A stretch of 64,000 nucleotides of DNA from a virus, in the IMG/VR virus record IMGVR_UViG_3300045988_011398; one strand, written 5' to 3'. The position numbers and the translations under genes were made by a program. The notes under the pieces are model-generated. The model ran no database searches. It was not told the DNA's origin and worked only from the letters and a program-made list of their open reading frames with translations. Shown piece by piece: positions 1 to 11,150 of the stretch. The first letter of the stretch is position 1, and every line of letters begins with the position of its first letter.

Positions 1-28
1 TAAGCTTAGGAATGCAGATGTAACAGAG

Positions 29-3000
29 ATGCTTGATGAGGCATTATCCTCTTCATTTGATACTCCTAAGGTCTCTTCCATTGAAGAGCAGGCTAAGGTT
101 GATTTAGACTTTGACCCAAGAACAAGAAGGGATAGAGTTACTTTGATTGCAAGATTCTTCAGTAATGAGGTAGACAAGGCATTACAGGAAATGAATGATT
201 CCATTAACAAGAGAATGGACACTGTTTCTGATGAAGAAAGATTGCAATTACAGAAGGAACTAAGTTCCCTTGACAGATTTACTGTCATAAAGAAGTACAC
301 TCCTGCTGGATTGTTTAGTAGAGTATTGGATATATTCCAATCCTATATTAATGATACAGAGGAGAACAGAGTGAAGGTTGAATTGGATAAAATCAATTCA
401 GCTAAAGGTGCAGACAAATATTCTGATGAGCAGAAATTAGCTGCTGCAAAGAAGAAAGCTGCATATAAGGAACAAGCCTATAGAAAGGTTGTTGATAACT
501 TCAAACCTCTGGCAGAAGAAGCAAGTACATTGCTTGTGATGACAGAAGGAATTAGGATTGACCCGAACTACATTGCTCCTAAAGATGCCAACTTGAATGA
601 TGATACTCCTGAAGGAGATAGTGAACTTGATGAGCAAGCTGATGATTATAATAAGGAAGAGACTTTCAAGGATGGTTGGATGACCAACTTTAGACAAGTA
701 AGTTCCCATGAATCATTATCTCAAGCAGTAAGAAAGGTCATTAGACAAGTACCTAAATTGGATTATAGAGGAAAGTATGAGAAAGATGACTTAGGATTCA
801 CAAGATATTTGGATGCTGATTATGTCCATGCAACTTTCATTGATAAGTTGAGGGATATGATTACCTCTGAAGATATGATTCCTCTTATACAGGAGCTTGA
901 AAAGAACAAGCCTTGGGTAAAGCAAGTAACAAAGCTTTTACAAGGTAATGAAACACTGTTCTCTCAGTTCTACCAAGACTTCAGAAAGGACTTCATGCCT
1001 TACTGGATTCAGAAGAAAAAGATGATGCCTGATGGTACATTCAAGATGCAGACTATTGCTATTAATAAGCCTGAAGGTGTATATTATCTTCTTGATGCTT
1101 GGAGAGATAACTATGAGAATGGTATTCAACTTGATGATGATAGTGTATATGAGAAGAATGGAGATATAAATATTGAAAATGCTGAGAAAGGTCTCAAGTG
1201 GGTTGAAACCCTAAATAACAAATTCTCCAATCTTGATACTGAGGCAAGATTGAAACTTCTTGAAGAGGATAGGATTTGGAATACTATCCTAAAGTTGTTG
1301 AATATGATTGGTATTGATGCCAATCCTTCAGTATTGAAGAATGCACTTACAGATATTAAAACCTCTGATACAATCAAGTTCACTGACCCTATCATGCTTC
1401 TATTACCTCAATTGAATGTAATATTCAGTGGTATTAAGAAGGGTGATATAAAGTCTGAGACAAGAGAAGATGGAACAGAGAAGAGGGGGGACTTAATCAA
1501 TACATTTGGCTCTGCTTACAACATGATTGCAAGTATGATGGCTAATGTAACTGAAGATGCTATTGAAAGTAGTGTTAGAGAGAATGATAAGTCCTATTAC
1601 TCTCATGTTACCCCTAATTACCTTGGGAAGTTGATTAAACAACTCAAGAATGTAAGAGGAGACAAGAAGAGATTTGAGGAGTTCATTAATACTGAGTTTA
1701 AGCAGTATGAGTGGTTCTTCAAGGATGGAAGATGGAGAAGTGATTGGTTGGAGCAACTTGTCAATTCTGAGGAAATGAGAAGAGGTCTAAGTCATAAAGT
1801 GGTGTTGAACTCTGATAAAGTGGACTATACCAACTGGGATGATTTGGATTACACATTAGCACTTCTTACTGAATACTGGGGAGACCCAGAAGATAGTAGA
1901 ACAAGTGTAAAGTGGGCTTGGTATCATGTTCCTATTCTTTCAGACTCTCCTTCTGCTGAGTTCATCAGATTCAGAAAGTATGTCAGTGGGGTTGAATATG
2001 ATGAAAATGGAAACAAGCTGACTTATGATGATATTATTCTTGATAAACTGACTGATTTAGTCAATCAAGAATATGACAGAATAATGCTTGTCAGAGCAAG
2101 AGATGAGGAGCTTCAAAATGGTAATCCAAACATCTCTCCTATAGCAAACTATGATATTGTCAGAAAGAAGGATGGAAGTATTAAGAGTATAGGTGGAGCT
2201 GAGTTCAAGTTCTTACCTGCACTTAACTCCATTAGATATGATAATGGAGAGACATTCCTTGACAGATTAAGTAGGTTGAGTAGAGAGGGAAGTGGTGCTG
2301 AGTTGAAGGATTTTATCAGAGGTGCTCTTAGAGAAGTCATGGATAATGGTTTTGAAGAAGCATATAGAGATTGGGTAAGAATTGGTCTGCTTGATGAACT
2401 GCCAAATGGAAGATATAAATATCTGCCTTTTGCAGGGCAAGCACAGCAGAACTCAAGGACTGCAAAATCTCTTATTAAGGCTAAAGAGATTCTTGGCACT
2501 ACTCTATGGACTACTGATATGGAGTTATTGCTAAGAGACTATAACAATAATGCCCCAGTAGATGATAGAGTAGCTGCAAACCTATTTCAACAGATAAGGG
2601 ATATGGTTACTCAAAAGGCTACAAGAGGTGATATTACAAAGCAGGAAGCTGACAGTATCAATAGAAACCTTGTAGTAAAGAACAATGCAAAAGCTGCATT
2701 GAGAGAGTACTACTGGAATAGTAAATTAGCCACTTCTCAAATCATTGAACTGACTACTACTGATTTGGCATTCTATAAGAATGTAGAGGACTTTCAAAAG
2801 AGATATAAGGAGGTTCATGCCCCTGCTCTTAGAATGAATACCAAAGCAACTTATAAGGGTGAGAGAATTGGTAGAGATTGGGAAAGAACTATTTACTTGA
2901 TGGATGATGAGATTACCTCTTCTGTACTAAGTGACATTGAAACAGTTCTTGATGAAAGAGTCAAGAGAGGTGAAATGACCAAGACAGATAGAGATAATAT

Positions 3001-6000
3001 TGTCAATAAGTTTAAGGCAGTTAATGTTGCAGATGCACAGGCTTATAGAAGTCTAAGCTCTTATAGAGCAATACTTGGTATGTCAGGTCAATGGACAGAT
3101 GAAATGGAGCAAGCATATAACAATTTCAAGAATGGTACTTGGAACATTGCTGACTTCAATATCATCTGGCAGACTAAGAAACCTTATGTATATACTCAAG
3201 TCAATAATATGAGTGGTGTACAAGGTCATACAGGCATAAAGACTCCTGTACAGCATAAGAACTCTGAGTTCCTATTACTTGCTATGCACGAATTAATTGC
3301 TGGACCTCTTGGCAAGTCAAGCAAGCTAAGAGCCATCAATGAGTTCATGGAAGAGAATAACATTGATGTAGTTCAATTTGAGTCTACTACTAAAGTTGGT
3401 AAGCAAGGGATTATTGACCTTAACCAAGTCAATGATTTCAAGCAGGTGAAAGAAGTCTTGAAGAGTGCCACTACACAAGATGGTGTGGAGAATCCTAATG
3501 TAGTTCATAAAGTGAGCTATGAGGATTATGGTATTCAGACTGCAACTCCTGAACATGCTATTGATGCTGTACAGCTTGTAGGTACTCAGATTAGAAAGTT
3601 GATTACTGCTGATATTGCACCAGATGCTATTATTGAGGTTGATGGTAAAAAGATGACCAAGCAAGAATGGCTGGATTTATATAATGCTATTAACACTGAA
3701 AACATCCTTCAGGCATTCAGGGATGTAGATGATATATTCAAAGACCCTAAGAAGGTAGAGGAGATACTACTTGAAGAGATTAGAGGTAATCAGAGATATG
3801 GAATTGACATGATGAGAGCATGTACTCTTAATGAGAATGGTCAGTTCAATATTCCATTATTTGACCCTGTACAATCTCAGAGAGTGCAGACCCTTTTGAA
3901 TAGTATCATCAAGAGCAGAATTACCAAGCAGAAGATTAGAGGTGGAGCATTGATTCAGGTATCTGATTATGGCTTGACTGATGAACTTCATGTGGTATTT
4001 GAAGGAGAAGGTGAGAACAAGAGAATCAAGTATCTTGAGTGTTATATGCCAGCTTATTCAAGAGAGTTCTATGAGCCTCTTATGAAGGAAGGAACTCATG
4101 AACTTGACATCAACAAGTTGCCTGAAGACCTTAGAAAGTTGATTGGCTATAGAGTTCCAACAGAGGATAAGTATTCAATGGCTCCTCTGTATATCAAGGG
4201 ATTCTTACCTCAACAGAATGGTTCTGCAATTATGCTTCCTGCTGAGATTACTACTCTATCAGGTTCAGACTTTGATGTGGATAAAATGTACATCATGTTG
4301 CCTGAATTTAAGGTAGAGAAGTTTGATTTCAGAAGAGCAAAGCAGGATTTCAAAGGTGAGCAAAGAATACTTGATGAATTGGCTTCTCTATTCAGAGAAG
4401 GCAGCCTGATGGATGACTTTGCAAATGCACCTGTAGAGTTTAAGGAATGGTTCAGAGAGAACAAGGAGAAGTACAGACTTGCTACACCTAAGATTAGGAA
4501 AGTAAAGTATGACTTTAATAAAGCCCCACAAGAGAATAGTCTTGAAGCAAGAAATAACTTGATGATAGATATGATGTGGGGAGTTTTGACAAATGCAGAT
4601 ACAGCTTCTAAGATTCTTAACCCCGGTGGTTTTGATTATCAGAAGAAGGCTGCAAGAATTGTCAGTATCCTTAGTTCAAGTTATGAATCAGATTTGAGAA
4701 GGGATTTGAATATTCCTAATGGTCCAGTTATCACTAAGTTAGTTTCAATGGATTTGGAAGAACTTGACAAACTTGCTGAAAGAACTAAGAGAAAACTTGA
4801 CCCTATCTCTCCAAGAACTCAGGTACAACTTCACCAACAGAATATGACTGGTGCAAAGCTGATTGGTATATATGCAAACCATAATGCAAACCATGCTTTG
4901 ATGCAGCATACTGAATTAGGTCTTGATGTGGAAAATGGCTCATTTGTATTGAATGGAAAGAGACTTACATCCCTACATGATATTATGAATAGAGACAAAG
5001 AGTTCATATCAAAGAATAATGCAGGTTTCTTGGCTGCATCTGTGGATAATGTGAAAGACCCTGTGTTGGCTGGTATTAACCAGAACACATTTACTGCTGA
5101 TGCCTCTATGCTTCTTTCAAGACTTGGTTACAATCCTGTTGAGATAGGTCTGCTTATGGCACAACCTATTATCATGGATATTACTCAGGCTTATTTCAGA
5201 GAAAGCAGAGAAGGTAAAGGTAAGGACACTGTGATTGATGAAATCCTTGTAGAATATAAGAAGAAGGCTGCAATGATGGAAGAAGTTACTTATGATAACT
5301 ATAAGAATAATGACTTCCTAATTGAAGACCTTGCCAACAACATCCTTATTGCAAAGGAAATGGCAGGCATTATAAGTGCCCATCAGACTTCTGATTACAG
5401 TAAGGTTGAGTTCTATAAGAAACAAGTTGCTGTAGGATTCCTATTTAAGAGAATAATGAGAACTGCTGATAGTCTTGGTCAGCTTGTACAAGCTACAAGG
5501 TCTGATACTCAAGGTGGTGCAGCAGGTCCAACTATTGCTGATACAAAGCTCAAAATCCAAAAGGTTCAAGACTTCTTGAAAGATATGGAGGAGAATGACA
5601 AGTTCCCACTTGTAGGGGCAGATGTAATCAGTGACAGTATTTCTCTTAATGATGACATTGACAACATAAGAGAGCAATTGCTTGCAAGTAAATTGCCTTT
5701 TTTACAGGCATTCTACACACTTGGATTGAAGCAATCAGAGAGAATGCTAAGCAAGTATTTCCCTCAATTCACTGAGTCATTTGATGAAGTGGTTGATGTT
5801 CTTAGAAACATGACAAAGACAGGTAGATTAAATGTGAAGACTATGAATAGTATTTACAATGATTTGCTTGCTTACATAATGTCTAAGACAGATTTCTTTG
5901 GTGCAGAACCTGATTGGAGTTCAGTAGATGAGAATGGTAATCCTACAAAGATGATTACATCTGCTGACAAGAGAAGGGACTTCATCAATAATTTCCCAAC

Positions 6001-7027
6001 TTACTTCAAGAAAGTGGTTGCAGAGAATGAGGATATAGCTGACCTTGAGTTTATTAAGAGACTTAGAGTGATAAGGGCAAATGATACAAATCCTGTGGAT
6101 ACTGTAGTATTCAAGAATGTTGGTCAGTTAAGTCCTACTCTAAGAGAAAGATATATGAGAGACTGGGCTTCTCTATTATATATGAGTAACCCAGAAGCTC
6201 AAAAACTTGCTCTTAATCTATTCAGATGCAGCTTCTACAGAAATGGCTTTGCATTTGGTCCTTCCACATTTATTCACTTGGCTCCTGTAGCTGTAAGAAA
6301 TGCAGTTCCAGAGTACATTGAAACACTGAGAAGTCTCCTTACATCTGAGGATGATTACAGTAACTTTGTTGAACAGTATATCTATAATCACCTTGATAAT
6401 AGAAAGCTTGTTCCTGAAGTTCCTGATGATGCCTCAACATCATTCATAGGTGAAGACAATGAAATAAAAGATGAAGTCACATTTGTAATAGATGAAAATG
6501 CCAACTTTGGTGATAAAAAGGTTGTCAAGAAGAGAATAGATACACCTGATGGTCCTGTATATGATTTCTTTGATTTCATTGCAAGAAGAAACAGAGGTAA
6601 CTATGTTTATTACAGATTGACTACAGACAGAGTTGATGAGTCTAATGTGGCAGTCTATAGGAGAATTGAGCCACTTGGATTTAGAAACAGTTTCATTGAA
6701 TATGAATATGGCAAGGAAGCAAGTGAGATGACTTCTGTAATTGAGAAGAATAGTAAGGACTATAATCCTAATCCTAATGTTGATTATGAGGCATTTGCTT
6801 CATTTGAAACTCCTCAAATGACAGAAGAAGACTTGGCTTATTCTGAGATATATAGAGAGGCATTCAGTGAGGATGCTTTAAGACAGGCTTATGGAGACAT
6901 TTATGGTGCTCCCCTTGAAATGCCACAAGGTTCTGAAAATGATGTGACATCTATTCAGCCTAATATGGATTACAAGGATGAGAATGGTGATAATATTTGT
7001 GGTGCAACAACTTTATATAGCTTATAA
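29..7027 (+). CDS. crAss-type giant virion RNA polymerase (DxDxD class); N-terminus may lie upstream of the window
   Basis: 2332-aa uninterrupted ORF. The frame is open from nt 2, so the ATG at 29 may be internal. SGSDFDVDKM (DFDVD = nt 4268-4282) resembles the Mg-binding NADFDGD loop of RNAP beta-prime and the DxDxD of crAss-like virion RNAPs. A second giant ORF is coupled 4 nt downstream. Confidence 0.8.
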   Translation: MLDEALSSSFDTPKVSSIEEQAKVDLDFDPRTRRDRVTLIARFFSNEVDKALQEMNDSINKRMDTVSDEERLQLQKELSSLDRFTVIKKYTPAGLFSRVLDIFQSYINDTEENRVKVELDKINSAKGADKYSDEQKLAAAKKKAAYKEQAYRKVVDNFKPLAEEASTLLVMTEGIRIDPNYIAPKDANLNDDTPEGDSELDEQADDYNKEETFKDGWMTNFRQVSSHESLSQAVRKVIRQVPKLDYRGKYEKDDLGFTRYLDADYVHATFIDKLRDMITSEDMIPLIQELEKNKPWVKQVTKLLQGNETLFSQFYQDFRKDFMPYWIQKKKMMPDGTFKMQTIAINKPEGVYYLLDAWRDNYENGIQLDDDSVYEKNGDINIENAEKGLKWVETLNNKFSNLDTEARLKLLEEDRIWNTILKLLNMIGIDANPSVLKNALTDIKTSDTIKFTDPIMLLLPQLNVIFSGIKKGDIKSETREDGTEKRGDLINTFGSAYNMIASMMANVTEDAIESSVRENDKSYYSHVTPNYLGKLIKQLKNVRGDKKRFEEFINTEFKQYEWFFKDGRWRSDWLEQLVNSEEMRRGLSHKVVLNSDKVDYTNWDDLDYTLALLTEYWGDPEDSRTSVKWAWYHVPILSDSPSAEFIRFRKYVSGVEYDENGNKLTYDDIILDKLTDLVNQEYDRIMLVRARDEELQNGNPNISPIANYDIVRKKDGSIKSIGGAEFKFLPALNSIRYDNGETFLDRLSRLSREGSGAELKDFIRGALREVMDNGFEEAYRDWVRIGLLDELPNGRYKYLPFAGQAQQNSRTAKSLIKAKEILGTTLWTTDMELLLRDYNNNAPVDDRVAANLFQQIRDMVTQKATRGDITKQEADSINRNLVVKNNAKAALREYYWNSKLATSQIIELTTTDLAFYKNVEDFQKRYKEVHAPALRMNTKATYKGERIGRDWERTIYLMDDEITSSVLSDIETVLDERVKRGEMTKTDRDNIVNKFKAVNVADAQAYRSLSSYRAILGMSGQWTDEMEQAYNNFKNGTWNIADFNIIWQTKKPYVYTQVNNMSGVQGHTGIKTPVQHKNSEFLLLAMHELIAGPLGKSSKLRAINEFMEENNIDVVQFESTTKVGKQGIIDLNQVNDFKQVKEVLKSATTQDGVENPNVVHKVSYEDYGIQTATPEHAIDAVQLVGTQIRKLITADIAPDAIIEVDGKKMTKQEWLDLYNAINTENILQAFRDVDDIFKDPKKVEEILLEEIRGNQRYGIDMMRACTLNENGQFNIPLFDPVQSQRVQTLLNSIIKSRITKQKIRGGALIQVSDYGLTDELHVVFEGEGENKRIKYLECYMPAYSREFYEPLMKEGTHELDINKLPEDLRKLIGYRVPTEDKYSMAPLYIKGFLPQQNGSAIMLPAEITTLSGSDFDVDKMYIMLPEFKVEKFDFRRAKQDFKGEQRILDELASLFREGSLMDDFANAPVEFKEWFRENKEKYRLATPKIRKVKYDFNKAPQENSLEARNNLMIDMMWGVLTNADTASKILNPGGFDYQKKAARIVSILSSSYESDLRRDLNIPNGPVITKLVSMDLEELDKLAERTKRKLDPISPRTQVQLHQQNMTGAKLIGIYANHNANHALMQHTELGLDVENGSFVLNGKRLTSLHDIMNRDKEFISKNNAGFLAASVDNVKDPVLAGINQNTFTADASMLLSRLGYNPVEIGLLMAQPIIMDITQAYFRESREGKGKDTVIDEILVEYKKKAAMMEEVTYDNYKNNDFLIEDLANNILIAKEMAGIISAHQTSDYSKVEFYKKQVAVGFLFKRIMRTADSLGQLVQATRSDTQGGAAGPTIADTKLKIQKVQDFLKDMEENDKFPLVGADVISDSISLNDDIDNIREQLLASKLPFLQAFYTLGLKQSERMLSKYFPQFTESFDEVVDVLRNMTKTGRLNVKTMNSIYNDLLAYIMSKTDFFGAEPDWSSVDENGNPTKMITSADKRRDFINNFPTYFKKVVAENEDIADLEFIKRLRVIRANDTNPVDTVVFKNVGQLSPTLRERYMRDWASLLYMSNPEAQKLALNLFRCSFYRNGFAFGPSTFIHLAPVAVRNAVPEYIETLRSLLTSEDDYSNFVEQYIYNHLDNRKLVPEVPDDASTSFIGEDNEIKDEVTFVIDENANFGDKKVVKKRIDTPDGPVYDFFDFIARRNRGNYVYYRLTTDRVDESNVAVYRRIEPLGFRNSFIEYEYGKEASEMTSVIEKNSKDYNPNPNVDYEAFASFETPQMTEEDLAYSEIYREAFSEDALRQAYGDIYGAPLEMPQGSENDVTSIQPNMDYKDENGDNICGATTLYSL

Positions 7028-7030
7028 GAT

Positions 7031-10000
7031 ATGGCAAGAAATTGTGCAATTATCCCTCAAGTAAGAAACAATAAAGGTCAGGTAGTAGACAGCAAGCTCT
7101 TTAAGGGCTTGCTTGCCTACACTGGCAATAATAGGTCAGAAGCTACCAGACTTTATTTGATTACTAAGAGTAGTGAGTTTATTAAGAATTGGAATCCAAG
7201 GCTAACTCTTGATGAAAACAATGAACCTACATTGAGAAGTCTTCTACAAAAGACCAATCTTAGTGATGTTATTCCTGAGTCAAAAGTACTTGAAAGACTC
7301 AATAGGGAAATAGGGTACTATAAGAGGGGAATGGATAGACCTGCTCTTTGGGTAAATAATGATGAGAACTATCAGAAGTTACTACAGAAGGCAATCTCAT
7401 TCAATCAAACCTCAGATTTCAGGGATGACTATGTAGCTAAGATTATTAAGATTCAGGACACTGAATCTCCAAGAATCTTCATAGGAGTAAAGGTTGAGAA
7501 GAGAAACAGGCTTAACTCAATTGATGCTGACAAAATGGCATATAATGCCAATCTTAATAGTAGATTAAGAGACATTTTGGCAGCTAATGGCATTGCAATA
7601 GGTGCTCTTACAGACCTTGAGAAGAGAATGGGAATCAATGGTGTAACTGACTTTGATGTGGCAAGAACTGCTGCTAATGGAATGATTGAGATGATTAGAT
7701 TGGCTAATGGTATTGAAGGAGAAAAAGCTCTTCCTGAAGAGTTTGCCCACTTTGCTATTGAGGCAATGGGAGAGTCCCCCCTTATCAATAGATTGATTAA
7801 TAATCTCAGTTCAAGTGGTCTTATAGGTGAAATACTTGGTGATGAGTATGAGACCTACAATACTCTCTACAAAGGTGATACTGCAAAGTTAGCTAAAGAA
7901 GCAGCAGGTAAATTACTTGCAAAGCACTTATTGAAGTCAGAGCCTATAGGACAGAAACCCTACAAGAATTTATTAGAGAGAGTAATCTCAGCTATTAAAT
8001 CCTTCTTCAAGACAATGAATGCCAACCAGATACAAAAGGCTATGTATGAAGTAGACAAAGACTTTGGCAGGCTGGCAAGAGATATTCTCAATGGTAGAAT
8101 GGATGAAGAGATAAATGTGGGGAACATTAATTCCTCTGGCTTATTCTATCAGACCAATGAAAGAGTTCAAAGGGATAGAAGGCTATTGCAGGACATCATG
8201 AATAATGAGTTGAAGAGGCTCAAGATTTATGAGAAGAGAAATCCTAATAGCCAATTCAGTGCCAACCAAAGACTTCTTATTGACAGGCTTGAGCTTGAAT
8301 TAGCTGACAATAATGAAGTTGAGGGAATCTATGCTTTCCTTGATAATGCTCTTGAAGAATTACAGAAGGTAAGCAGTAGGCTTGAGGTGCTAAGAAACAC
8401 TCCAGCCACTAATGCAAATGAAAGGGCTTCTGTATTGAGAGATGTGAGAAATTACATGTACTCATATAAGAATATCATTGAGGATATAAGAAAGGCATTG
8501 GTAGATGAGGAAAGATACACTGATAATAGATATGGTCAGAGAGTCAGAGTAGCATTGGATAATGCTTCTATTTTGATTGGAGACCTATTTGTTAAGTACA
8601 ATGATGTTTCTATGCCTCTATTTGTGGACTTCATTAAGCCATTTGTAGGAGAAAATATCATGATACCTTTTGGTAAGTTCAAGGGTAAAGTGATTAAGGC
8701 TGAGGATTTAGTGAAGATGGCTGATGAGGATATTTCCTTCTTTGACAGATGGCTTGATAGTATGGCAGATTCTTCTGACTATATGTTGAAAGTAATGGAC
8801 CAAGCTGTCAAGAAGAGTAAGGAACAGGCAAGATTGAGGACTATTGATGTAATGAAACAATTACAGGCTGCCACTATTAAACTTGAAAAGGCTGGTATTA
8901 AGAATACTGACTGGATGTTTGAGAGGGACAGCAAGGGTAATTTAAGTGGTAATTACATCTCTGAAATCAATCAAGCCTTGTTCAAGGAGAAAGTAAGGGA
9001 AATGTTCAAATCTCTTAATGAGAAGTATGGAAAGAACCCTGTTGGTGAAAATGCTGAGAAGTATAAGAAAGAAAGACAGGCTTGGTTTGATGCCAATATG
9101 GAAATAGTCAATGGTAAGAAAGTACCTAAGATGTCAATCTATGGTAATAAGCAATACCAAAGACTGAATGCAGCTCAGAAAGAGTATTATGATACAGTGA
9201 TGAACATTAAGTCCCAGTTGGATTCTTATTTGCCTGAGAAGTACACTACACTTACTAATGCTGTCAAGATAAGAAAGGACTTGCTTGAGAGGGTCAAGTC
9301 ATCTGATGGTGTGAGGTCAGGGGCAAAGCAGATATGGGAAAGTATCAAGGATGAGTTTATTAGAAGGACTGATGATGTGGACTTTGGAGACAGAGCCACA
9401 GTGAAGGACTTTGAAGGCAATGAGGTACAGACTCTTCCTATATACTTTACTAAACTGAAAGAGGGAGAAAGTGCAAATGACCTGTCTACTGACATTGTAA
9501 GTACTCTCACAGCCTATGCTGCAATGGCTAATGACTTTGATGAAATGAACAAGGTTATTGATGTGCTTGAGTTAGGCAGAGACTTACTAAGAGAAAGGCA
9601 AGTAATTCAAACTCAAGGAGGTAAGCCACTTGTAGAGAAGTTTAAGGCAGTAGGTAGAAAGGTTGAGAGTAAATTAACAAAAGAAGGAGAAGCTACAAGA
9701 TTTGTCCAAAGACTGAATGACTTCTTTGAAATGCAAGTATATGGAAGATACATGGCAGATGAAGGTACATTTGGTAAGACAAATATTGATAAGGGTAAAG
9801 TCGCTAACTTTGTAAATAGAGTTACTTCTATGAACAACTTAGCACTCAATGTTCTTTCAGGTATTTCCAATATAGCTACTGGTAAAGTGATGATGAGAAT
9901 TGAGTCATTTGCTGGTGAGTTCTTCAATGAGAAGAATACAATTACTGCTGATAGGATATATGGTCAATCTCTTCCTGCATATCTTGCTGAAATAGGTAAT

Positions 10001-11068
10001 AGAGTAAAGACAAGTAAACTTGCTCTATGGGATGAATTGTTCAATGTGATGCAAGAGTATGAGCAGGATGTCAGAGAAGTGAACTTTGATAGGAAGACTT
10101 GGTTCAGTAGAATGTTTGGCGCATCTACATTATTCTTTATGAACAATGCGGGTGAACATTGGATGCAGAACAGAACCTCTTTAGCCTTAGCTGATGCCTA
10201 TAAGATGAAAGCACCTAATGGTAAGATTGTCAGTCTATGGGATGCTATGGAAGTAGTTCCTATTGATAAGAATAATAAGAAAGCTGGTGCTAAACTTCAA
10301 TTGAAGCAAGGTTATACAAAGGCTGATGGCTCTGCATTTACACAGGATGACATTATCAAGTTCAGTAGAAGAAGTGCAGCAATCAATCAGAGAATGCACG
10401 GTATTTACAATAAGGCTGATAGGTCAGCAGTACAAAGATTGGCTATTGGTAGAATGGGTATGATGTTCAGAAAATGGATTAAACCATCTCTGAATAGAAG
10501 ATTCAAGTCAGCTACTTATAACTATGATTTGGATGCTTGGACTGAAGGTTATTATAGAACAAGTGGTAGATTCCTGTTACAACTTGCAAGAGATTTGAGA
10601 GAAACTCAATTTAATCTTGCTGCAAGGTGGAAAGAGCTTACCCCTACTGAGAAGGCTAACATAAGAAGAGCATTGACTGAGACAGGTCACTTCTTGGCAG
10701 TAATGGCTATTATTGGTCTCATTGAGTGGTCTGATGATAAGGATAGACCTTGGTTAGTGAGGATGGCTGAATATCAAGCAAGAAGATTGTACACTGAATT
10801 AGGTGCTATGATACCCGGCAAACCTATGATTTCAGAAGGTTTGAAGATTATCAAATCACCTGCTGCTGGTGTGAATACAATTGAGAATATGCTTGATTTA
10901 ACTAAACTGCTTAATCCTTGGAACTACATGGATGAATTACAGTCTGGTAGATATGAAGGACACAGTACTGCATACAAGTCATTCTTTGAATCTCCTATAA
11001 TTCCTATGAACAGGACTATTTATAGAGGATTGCATCCTGAGACTGGTATTCCATTCTTCAAGCAATAA
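7031..11068 (+). CDS. large uncharacterised protein of the RNAP / ejected-protein block
   Basis: 1345-aa ORF with its ATG 4 nt after the RNAP stop (TAAGATATG) on the same strand. It ends at the bidirectional terminator. No catalytic motif recognised by eye. Confidence 0.6.
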   Translation: MARNCAIIPQVRNNKGQVVDSKLFKGLLAYTGNNRSEATRLYLITKSSEFIKNWNPRLTLDENNEPTLRSLLQKTNLSDVIPESKVLERLNREIGYYKRGMDRPALWVNNDENYQKLLQKAISFNQTSDFRDDYVAKIIKIQDTESPRIFIGVKVEKRNRLNSIDADKMAYNANLNSRLRDILAANGIAIGALTDLEKRMGINGVTDFDVARTAANGMIEMIRLANGIEGEKALPEEFAHFAIEAMGESPLINRLINNLSSSGLIGEILGDEYETYNTLYKGDTAKLAKEAAGKLLAKHLLKSEPIGQKPYKNLLERVISAIKSFFKTMNANQIQKAMYEVDKDFGRLARDILNGRMDEEINVGNINSSGLFYQTNERVQRDRRLLQDIMNNELKRLKIYEKRNPNSQFSANQRLLIDRLELELADNNEVEGIYAFLDNALEELQKVSSRLEVLRNTPATNANERASVLRDVRNYMYSYKNIIEDIRKALVDEERYTDNRYGQRVRVALDNASILIGDLFVKYNDVSMPLFVDFIKPFVGENIMIPFGKFKGKVIKAEDLVKMADEDISFFDRWLDSMADSSDYMLKVMDQAVKKSKEQARLRTIDVMKQLQAATIKLEKAGIKNTDWMFERDSKGNLSGNYISEINQALFKEKVREMFKSLNEKYGKNPVGENAEKYKKERQAWFDANMEIVNGKKVPKMSIYGNKQYQRLNAAQKEYYDTVMNIKSQLDSYLPEKYTTLTNAVKIRKDLLERVKSSDGVRSGAKQIWESIKDEFIRRTDDVDFGDRATVKDFEGNEVQTLPIYFTKLKEGESANDLSTDIVSTLTAYAAMANDFDEMNKVIDVLELGRDLLRERQVIQTQGGKPLVEKFKAVGRKVESKLTKEGEATRFVQRLNDFFEMQVYGRYMADEGTFGKTNIDKGKVANFVNRVTSMNNLALNVLSGISNIATGKVMMRIESFAGEFFNEKNTITADRIYGQSLPAYLAEIGNRVKTSKLALWDELFNVMQEYEQDVREVNFDRKTWFSRMFGASTLFFMNNAGEHWMQNRTSLALADAYKMKAPNGKIVSLWDAMEVVPIDKNNKKAGAKLQLKQGYTKADGSAFTQDDIIKFSRRSAAINQRMHGIYNKADRSAVQRLAIGRMGMMFRKWIKPSLNRRFKSATYNYDLDAWTEGYYRTSGRFLLQLARDLRETQFNLAARWKELTPTEKANIRRALTETGHFLAVMAIIGLIEWSDDKDRPWLVRMAEYQARRLYTELGAMIPGKPMISEGLKIIKSPAAGVNTIENMLDLTKLLNPWNYMDELQSGRYEGHSTAYKSFFESPIIPMNRTIYRGLHPETGIPFFKQ

Positions 11069-11083
11069 GATAAGGATAAAAAG

Positions 11084-11115
11084 AAAGGGAAGTAGATTAA
11101 GTTCTACTTCCCTTT
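11084..11115. terminator. bidirectional intrinsic terminator at the convergent junction
   Basis: Perfect 13-bp stem aaagggaagtaga / tctacttcccttt with loop ttaagt. It is flanked by an A-run upstream and a T-run downstream, and sits between the stops at 11068 (+) and 11151 (-). Confidence 0.85.
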
Positions 11116-11150
11116 TTCTTTCTCCTTTATAAAAAATTTCACCCTACTGA

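Noticed and set aside
437-10146. Fifteen minus-strand ORFs of 60-116 aa inside the two giant plus-strand genes (437-709, 938-1129, 1126-1395 ... 9964-10146).
   Set aside because: They are antisense shadows of long, motif-bearing ORFs. Their products are Ser/Leu/Ile-rich and low-complexity, and they have no promoters or independent signals.
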